The notes beneath the pieces were generated by a model. It was not told the origin of the DNA, searched no databases, and saw nothing but the letters and a program-made list of their open reading frames with translations. The translations under genes and the position numbers were made by a program. This document shows positions 54,531 to 59,954 of a stretch of 59,954 bases of DNA, one piece after another (the first letter of the stretch is position 1; each line of letters starts with the position of its first letter). Source of the stretch: an uncultured Clostridia bacterium (GTDB taxonomy: Bacteria; Bacillota; Clostridia; UBA1381); NCBI GenBank assembly GCA_947628155.1, contig CANQYQ010000001.1:1-59954 (forward strand), in the 5' to 3' direction.

Positions 54531-56198
54531 ATGTTATCCGATATAGAAATCGCGCAGGCGGCGAAAATGAATCATATACGCGACGTCGCGGCGTCCTTGG
54601 GTATAGATGAGGACGAGCTTGAATATTACGGCAAGTACAAGGCAAAGCTTGGCGTTGACGTATGGAAGAAATTTGGCAGTAATAAAGACGGCAAGCTTGT
54701 GCTCGTTACGGCGATCAATCCCACCCCCGCGGGCGAGGGCAAGACCACGACAACTATAGGCTTGGGCGACGCCCTGTCGCGCATGGGTAAAAAATGCGTG
54801 CTCGCGCTGCGCGAGCCGTCTCTCGGCCCGGTCATGGGTGTTAAAGGCGGCGCGGCCGGCGGCGGTTACAGCCAGGTCGTGCCTATGGACGATATAAACC
54901 TGCATTTTACGGGCGATATGCACGCGATAACAGCGGCAAATAATTTGCTGTCGGCAATGATCGACAATCATATCCATCAGGGCAACGAGCTCGATATTGA
55001 CGTTACGAATATAGTATGGAAGCGCGTGGTCGACACTAATGACCGCGCTTTGAGGAAAATAGTAGTCGGCATGGGCGGACATATAAACGGTGTACCACGC
55101 GAGGACGGGTTTATGATCACGGTCGCGTCGGAGGTTATGGCGATATTGTGCCTCGCGAGCGATATGGACGATTTGAAGCGCCGGTTCGGCGAGATTATAA
55201 TCGGTTATAACCGTGCCGGTCAGCCGGTCAAGGCGTCGGATCTGCACGCCGAGGGCGCTATGGCCGCGCTTATGAAGGACGCGATTCACCCGAATCTTGT
55301 TCAAACGCTTGAGCATACGCCGTGCCTTATCCACGGCGGGCCGTTCGCGAATATCGCGCATGGCTGCAACAGCGTCCAGGCGACGACCCTCGCGATGAAG
55401 ATGGCCGACTACACGATCACCGAGGCGGGTTTCGGCGCCGATTTGGGCGCGGAGAAGTTTATGGATATAAAGTGCCGCATGGCCGGAATTAAGCCAGACG
55501 CGGTGGTCATTGTCGCGACGGTGCGCGCGCTTAAATATAACGGCGGCGTGAAAAAGACCGATTTAAAAGCGCCGAATCTTGACGCGCTTAAAAAGGGAAT
55601 TGTAAATCTTGAAAAGCATATTGAAAATATGAAGAGGTTTGGCGCGCCCGTGGTCGTCGCGGTCAATCGTTTCGATACGGACAGCGATGAGGAGCTGAGA
55701 TATATAATCGACCGCTGCGCTGAACTCGGCGCGGACTGCGCCCTTTCGGAGGTGTTCGCAAAGGGCGGCGAAGGCGGATTGGAGCTTGCCCAAAAGGTAC
55801 TCGCGGCAATGGAAACGCCGTCGGAATATCATCCGGTTTACGATGTCAACGACAGCATAACCGATAAAATCAACGCGATTGTAACAAAAATTTACGGCGG
55901 CGCGGGAGTTGAGTATTCGGCTAAGGCGAAAAAGGCAATAAAGAAGCTTGAAGAGCTCGGCCTTGACAAAAAACCCGTCTGCATAGCGAAAACGCAATAC
56001 TCCCTTTCCGATGACCAAACACTTTTGGGCCGCCCCGAGGAATTCACGGTCAATGTGAGCGAAATACGCGTATCGAACGGCGCGGGATTTATCGTGGCGG
56101 AAACGGGAAATATTATGGTAATGCCCGGGCTTCCGAAGGTTCCGGCCGCGAACAATATAGATATTGACAGCGACGGCGTAATTTCCGGCTTGTTCTGA
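54531..56198 (+). CDS. fhs: formate--tetrahydrofolate ligase
   Basis: Start set at ATG 54531 (RBS AAGGAGG lies inside the longer TTG-initiated ORF). [11 protein letters not shown]......[17 protein letters not shown]... is canonical FTHFS. 555 aa. Confidence 0.96.
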   Translation: MLSDIEIAQAAKMNHIRDVAASLGIDEDELEYYGKYKAKLGVDVWKKFGSNKDGKLVLVTAINPTPAGEGKTTTTIGLGDALSRMGKKCVLALREPSLGPVMGVKGGAAGGGYSQVVPMDDINLHFTGDMHAITAANNLLSAMIDNHIHQGNELDIDVTNIVWKRVVDTNDRALRKIVVGMGGHINGVPREDGFMITVASEVMAILCLASDMDDLKRRFGEIIIGYNRAGQPVKASDLHAEGAMAALMKDAIHPNLVQTLEHTPCLIHGGPFANIAHGCNSVQATTLAMKMADYTITEAGFGADLGAEKFMDIKCRMAGIKPDAVVIVATVRALKYNGGVKKTDLKAPNLDALKKGIVNLEKHIENMKRFGAPVVVAVNRFDTDSDEELRYIIDRCAELGADCALSEVFAKGGEGGLELAQKVLAAMETPSEYHPVYDVNDSITDKINAIVTKIYGGAGVEYSAKAKKAIKKLEELGLDKKPVCIAKTQYSLSDDQTLLGRPEEFTVNVSEIRVSNGAGFIVAETGNIMVMPGLPKVPAANNIDIDSDGVISGLF

Positions 56199-56200
56199 TA

Positions 56201-56293
56201 GGGGACACTAAATCCATGGGGACACTAAATTATATCTCAAACGATCCCGAAGACACAAAAAAAATCGCGTCGGATTTTTCGGGGACACTAAAA
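56201..56293 (+). repeat. three same-strand copies of GGGGACACTAAA at the fhs/tsaE junction and in the 5' end of tsaE
   Basis: Copies at 56201-56212 (intergenic, 2 nt after the fhs TGA), 56218-56229 (tsaE codons 2-5, read G-T-L-N) and 56281-56293 (read G-T-L-K). The 12-mer is identical to the one in cbiA. Confidence 0.9.
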
Positions 56294-56656
56294 CCCGGAA
56301 GCGTGGTATGCCTTTACGGCGGTCTTGGCGCGGGAAAAACCGCGTTTGTGCAGGGCCTCGCTAAGGGCCTGGGCGTGACGGAATATATTACCAGTCCGAC
56401 GTTTACAATTGTGAACGTGTATGAAAGCGGACGCGTGCCGCTGTATCATTTTGATATGTATCGGCTTGCCGACTGTGACGAGGCGTATGAGATAGGGTAC
56501 GAGGAATACGTTTACGGCGGCGGAATAAGCGTTATGGAATGGCCGGAAAACGTTGCGGATATTTTGCCGGAGAGCCGTTATGATATAACGATCTCAAAGG
56601 ATGATGGCCGCGGCACGGATTTTAGGAAAATAGACATTATAAAGGTAGGAAAATGA
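56216..56656 (+). CDS. tsaE: tRNA t6A37 biosynthesis ATPase TsaE
   Basis: LYGGLGAGKTAFVQGLAKGLG..SPTFT.VN.Y......YHFDMYRL are TsaE/YjeE hallmarks. 146 aa. Confidence 0.9.
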   Translation: MGTLNYISNDPEDTKKIASDFSGTLKPGSVVCLYGGLGAGKTAFVQGLAKGLGVTEYITSPTFTIVNVYESGRVPLYHFDMYRLADCDEAYEIGYEEYVYGGGISVMEWPENVADILPESRYDITISKDDGRGTDFRKIDIIKVGK

Positions 56657-57357
56657 GGATTTTAGCGATAGATACCGCCGCGCAGACCGCGTCGGCGGCG
56701 GTCATTGACGGCGGCTCCGTTATGGCGGAGTGCTCGATAAATCATAAAAAAACGCATTCACAGAAGCTGATGGTTATTATTGAGCGCATGATGAGCGATT
56801 TGGAGCTTGACATATCGGATATCGATTTGTTCGCGGCGGCGGAAGGCCCGGGTTCGTTTACTGGACTCCGCATAGGCATAGCGACGGTTAAAGCGCTTGC
56901 GCACAGTGTGAATAAGCCGGTAATCGGCGTATCCACGCTTGAGGGACTTGCATATAATATGCCGTACACGAACGGAATAATTGTTCCGATTATGGACGCG
57001 CGCAATAATCAGGTTTTCAACGCCGCGTACGAATGGTCGGACGGCGTATTACAAGAAATCACAGCCCCTAACGTTTGCACGATCGACGAGTGCGTCGCGC
57101 GCACGCGGGGCAAAAACGCGGTATTCACCGGCGATGGGGTGAATATACACGCGGATAAAATAAAGGAATCCGAAATTGCTCCCGTTAACGCGCGCCTGAA
57201 CCGTGCGTCGTCGATCGCGGCGGCGGCGCTTGTAAAGGCAGAAAACGGCGGCGCTGTGCGTTATACGGAGCTTGTTCCCAAATACCTGCGGCTGTCGCAG
57301 GCGGAGCGGGAGCTTAAAAAACGCAATGCATTAAATACGGAAGGAGAACGGAAATGA
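56653..57357 (+). CDS. tsaB: tRNA t6A37 biosynthesis protein TsaB
   Basis: MRILAIDTA......HS..LM..I........DIDLFAAAEGPGSFTGLRIG.A..KALA is canonical TsaB. It overlaps the tsaE stop. Confidence 0.9.
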   Translation: MRILAIDTAAQTASAAVIDGGSVMAECSINHKKTHSQKLMVIIERMMSDLELDISDIDLFAAAEGPGSFTGLRIGIATVKALAHSVNKPVIGVSTLEGLAYNMPYTNGIIVPIMDARNNQVFNAAYEWSDGVLQEITAPNVCTIDECVARTRGKNAVFTGDGVNIHADKIKESEIAPVNARLNRASSIAAAALVKAENGGAVRYTELVPKYLRLSQAERELKKRNALNTEGERK

Positions 57358-57788
57358 TAGGAATAGGATCGGATCATGCGGGCTTTGAGCTTAAGGGATA
57401 CATAATCGAGCATTTGAAGGAACGCGGAATCGAGGTAAAGGACTACGGAGTATATAATGAGGACAGTGTGGATTATCCCGATTGCGCCGTGCCGGTATGC
57501 GAAGCGGTATTATCGGGCGAATGCGAGCGCGGGATATTGATATGCGGCACGGGAATAGGCATATCAATATCCGCGAATAAAATAAAGGGCATACGCGCGG
57601 CGCTGTGCGGCGACGTATTCAGCGCGGCTATGGCAAAGGAGCATAACGACGCGAACGTGATATGTCTCGGCGGCAGGGTCGTCGGCCGTGAGCTGGCGTA
57701 TATGATTGTTGACGCGTGGCTCGACCGTGAGCATTTGGGCGGCAAGCACGCGCGCCGCGTCGCGAAAATTCACGCACTGGAGCAATAA
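57354..57788 (+). CDS. rpiB: ribose-5-phosphate isomerase B
   Basis: IGIGSDHAGFELK......ILICGTGIGISISANK.KGIRAALC.D...A...KEHNDANV..LGGRV is canonical RpiB/LacAB. 144 aa. Confidence 0.93.
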   Translation: MIGIGSDHAGFELKGYIIEHLKERGIEVKDYGVYNEDSVDYPDCAVPVCEAVLSGECERGILICGTGIGISISANKIKGIRAALCGDVFSAAMAKEHNDANVICLGGRVVGRELAYMIVDAWLDREHLGGKHARRVAKIHALEQ

Positions 57789-57805
57789 TATTATTATGGC
57801 ATTTT

Positions 57806-57836
57806 AAAGGGGGTATTTACACATGCCCCCTTTGTA
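57806..57836 (+). terminator. probable terminator after rpiB
   Basis: AAAGGGGG-tatttacacat-GCCCCCTTT followed by a T-rich tract. Confidence 0.5.
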
Positions 57837-57934
57837 TTATTTTATATAAACAGGTGATTTATCAATATATAACATTTTATCATATATCTAAAAAGGCAAT
57901 AATTTTTGATAAATTATCCGATTATCTTCACATA

Positions 57935-58471
57935 TTAAAATCGTATCATGTATTTATTAAATCTTTGTGAAACAAATATGTCAATATGATGTAAAAAATA
58001 TTCGTTTTTGCCTTTGTATGCGGACGGAGAATACACACGCGTGTTGCTATCAACATATTTTTCATCGCAGTCCCACAGCCTTCCGAGTATTTGTTCTGAC
58101 GAAAGGACAATATCGGGATTTTTCATAAACATACAAAGCAGCCTATATTCGCCCGCCGTCAAATCGATGCGTTCACCGTTCTTATATACCTCGCCCTTTA
58201 ACAGCTTTATGGTTATCCCGTTTGAGCTAAGCTCCGTATCGTTTCTAAACCCGCCGCTTCTGCAAAGTGCCGCGTTTATCCGCGACATCAAAACCGATAG
58301 CTTAAACGGCTTTGTAATATAGTCGTCGCCGCCGATGTCAAGACCCATTATAATATCCGTTTCCTCGTCCGCGGCGGTCAGAAATATGATCGGCACTTTA
58401 GACGCTTCACGGATTTTTTTTGCAAATGTCAAACCCGCTGCCCTCGGGGAGCGATACGTCCAAGCTTTCAA
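57935..58471 (-). pseudogene. remnant of an OmpR-family response regulator (receiver N-terminus missing, C-terminus degenerate)
   Basis: The sequence retains ...KIREASKVPIIFLTAADEETDIIMGLDIGGDDYITKPF (receiver beta4-alpha5) and the winged-helix region LTAGEYRLLCMFMKNPDIVLSSEQIL..LWD. There is no phospho-acceptor Asp region and no ATG. The ORF starts right after the pspC terminator. The tail after YVDSNT does not resemble the usual ...TV.IRRLR.K.. motif. Confidence 0.6.
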
Positions 58472-58474
58472 CGC

Positions 58475-58503
58475 AAAACGGCATAGACGCGCTATGCCGT
58501 TTT
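58475..58503 (-). terminator. rho-independent (bidirectional) terminator after the pspC-domain gene
   Basis: AAAA-CGGCATAG-acgcg-CTATGCCG-TTTT. Confidence 0.75.
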
Positions 58504-58554
58504 GCCAAAAAACTATTCCGTTGTTTTATCAATACCGCCTTTTATGCCCGGAAA

Positions 58555-58746
58555 TCAGTCCTGTCCGCGCATAGGTATAATAATCGCGGCTAGGAAATAA
58601 GCAATTACAAACGTTCCGCACGCGGAAAGCGTCAGCGCCGCGGCGGCGAGCCGAATAAGGGTGGGGTCAACGTCAAAATATTCGGCTATGCCGCCGCACA
58701 CGCCGCTTATCATTTTTTCCGTAGGGCTTCTGTATAAACGTTTCAT
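58555..58746 (-). CDS. PspC-domain membrane protein
   Basis: 63 aa. KRLYRS...KMISGVCGGIAEYFDVDPTLIRL is the PspC-domain signature, followed by one TM. Confidence 0.85.
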   Translation of the reverse strand: MKRLYRSPTEKMISGVCGGIAEYFDVDPTLIRLAAAALTLSACGTFVIAYFLAAIIIPMRGQD

Positions 58747-58892
58747 ATCGCATCCCTCCCAAATTGATTCCTGAGTTTATTTTATCACAATAAATCGGGT
58801 TTTTCAACAATATAAGAAAAATTTACAAATCCCGCCCGGAGCTGCCGCGTACGTGTTATAAACGCCCGGCGCGAAGACGGGTTTGGGTCTTT

Positions 58893-59660
58893 TTATTTTT
58901 GCTCCGGCGCGCTCGATTCGGGCTGCGGCGTGTCGGGGGCGGCGGGTGTCGTAAACGATTCTATCGAGCCACGCTTTTCCGTATCGCCTATTTTGGCATA
59001 CTGCTGGAAATAATATGTGGTTTCCGGCTGCAGAACAACCTTTGTATCGGCGATGATATCAAACCATATTTCAAATGACGGATAGTCGTAGAGCTTCATC
59101 GGATCTTTCCGGCGCGCGACCTTTATCATCTCGTCCGGCGACGTGCCGAAATACATTCCCGCCTCGTCCGGCTTTGTTTCAAAATCACTTATGCGGACAA
59201 ACAGCTTCGCGTTGTCGTATGTGAGGTCACGGACCTCCTTTTCCGTTTCAACGGTAACATTCGCCTCGGGAATGCTCTCAAGCGTTGTAAATGACTTGAT
59301 CTCACCTTTGACGTCCTTGCCGTCCACACGCGCGTATGCCTGATAATAATATGTGGTGTTCGGTTCAAGAAGCTCTCCCGTCTCGATGGCTATATCGAAA
59401 TCGACGTCGATTTTTGGCGCTTGGGCAAGGTTCCCCGGGTGCTCGTCCATTATCGCCTTCTTCATATCGTCCTCCGATGTGCCAAGAAAAATTCCGGCAT
59501 ACGACGGCATTTCTTTATAGTCGCTTATATATCCGTTTACAATAGCGTCGTTGTCGGTTATGCCCGATACTTCGCGTGTTTCCACATTTGCCTTTGGCGA
59601 ACAGCCCGCCGCCGCAAGCATTGCCGCCGCGCACGCAAGCGCGAATAATAATTTTCTCAT
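58893..59660 (-). CDS. hypothetical lipoprotein with an internal tandem duplication (two modules of about 110 aa)
   Basis: Start set at ATG 59660 (RBS GAGGAGGGG). Lipobox MLAAAGCS. The two modules share ...G.YFGTS.DEM.K.......L.P.TTYY.Q.YA......K.G.I.SFTT. Pro/Glu-rich C-terminus. Confidence 0.72.
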   Translation of the reverse strand: MRKLLFALACAAAMLAAAGCSPKANVETREVSGITDNDAIVNGYISDYKEMPSYAGIFLGTSEDDMKKAIMDEHPGNLAQAPKIDVDFDIAIETGELLEPNTTYYYQAYARVDGKDVKGEIKSFTTLESIPEANVTVETEKEVRDLTYDNAKLFVRISDFETKPDEAGMYFGTSPDEMIKVARRKDPMKLYDYPSFEIWFDIIADTKVVLQPETTYYFQQYAKIGDTEKRGSIESFTTPAAPDTPQPESSAPEQK

Positions 59661-59805
59661 GCTGTGTTTTCCCCTCCTCATGGGTTTGTTTCTACTATAA
59701 TATCACATTTCAACGCGTTTTTCAATTATATTTTAGTATTTTATGGGACTGTTCATAATATGTTTAAAATAAATTAAAATATTTCAAAAAATTTAAAAAA
59801 AGATG

Positions 59806-59834
59806 TTGACAAATTAAAAAACATATGGTATCAT
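59806..59834 (+). promoter_or_regulatory. sigma-A type promoter upstream of the tRNA gene
   Basis: TTGACA (59806-59811), 17 nt, TATCAT (59829-59834) preceded by TGG. Confidence 0.55.
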
Positions 59835-59861
59835 ATTATCCGTGCTTAGGAAAGCACGTAT

Positions 59862-59937
59862 GCGTGATTAGCTCAGCTGGTAGAGCACCTGACTCTTAAT
59901 CAGGGTGTCCAGGGTTCGAACCCCTGATCGCGTACCA
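59862..59937 (+). tRNA. tRNA-Lys (anticodon CTT), CCA encoded
   Basis: 76-nt cloverleaf by hand. Acceptor GCGTGAT/ATCGCGT (with G1-U72 and U4-G69 wobble pairs), D arm GCTC-AGCTGGTA-GAGC, anticodon arm CCTGA-CTCTTAA-TCAGG, T arm CAGGG-TTCGAAC-CCCTG, then A-CCA. Confidence 0.88.
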
Positions 59938-59954
59938 AACCCTTGAAAACCTTG

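Noticed and set aside
59862-59937. Possibility that the tRNA-Lys is a pseudo-tRNA, because the acceptor stem has G1-U72 and U4-G69 wobble pairs.
   Set aside because: All four arms, the conserved D and T loop sequences, the 7-nt anticodon loop, the discriminator base and the encoded CCA are intact. A consensus promoter precedes it. Wobble pairs are compatible with function.
1-59954. Prophage, integrative element, IS or defence island.
   Set aside because: No integrase, transposase, recombinase, phage structural, restriction-modification, toxin-antitoxin or cas-like translations were seen in any of the listed ORFs. The only mobile-looking DNA is the set of non-coding repeat clusters.

Overview
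This is a chromosomal segment of a moderately GC-rich, spore-forming Clostridia-type Firmicute. The taxon is inferred from Spo0A, PdaA, a LonB-like gene, SLH-like repeats and the yhbY-nadD-yqeK-rsfS-leuS gene order. About 50 protein genes, one tRNA-Lys and one cobalamin riboswitch are supported. I saw no rRNA, CRISPR array, transposase, integrase or phage genes.

Housekeeping blocks:
- leuS operon
- rplU-rpmA
- rsmD-coaD
- fhs
- tsaE-tsaB-rpiB

Accessory genes between them:
- a GH2 beta-galactosidase 3' end
- an AraC regulator with a 1622-aa GH127/DUF1680-type secreted glycosidase
- a PL11 rhamnogalacturonan lyase
- two CE4 deacetylases
- a BlaI/BlaR1-like pair
- a heterodimeric ABC exporter

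The dominant feature is a roughly 20-kb minus-strand cobalamin supra-operon (21937-42562). It starts with a consensus promoter and a B12 riboswitch. It then runs through a BtuFCD-type importer flanked by two paralogous membrane-anchored proteins and an exported CbiK lipoprotein. It continues through cbiC-D-F-G-H-J-ET-A, cobT-U-S, cobC~cbiB, cobD, cbiP and cobO.

Observations most worth following up:
1. The 12-mer GGGGACACTAAA occurs 7 times in two tight clusters. One cluster creates an in-frame FSVPx4 insert in CbiA.
2. The riboswitch-controlled surface-protein/CbiK/ABC module.
3. A LexA (Cheo) box lies inside the promoter of an uncharacterised radical-SAM/DUF4130 DNA-repair pair.
4. A mosaic hairpin-rich repeat family is inserted between cistrons at two loci.
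5. Several gene-integrity anomalies: an A8 frameshift/fusion, an ATA start codon, a nonsense-interrupted lonB, and a response-regulator remnant.

All calls come from reading the sequence and ORF translations. No database searches were run.
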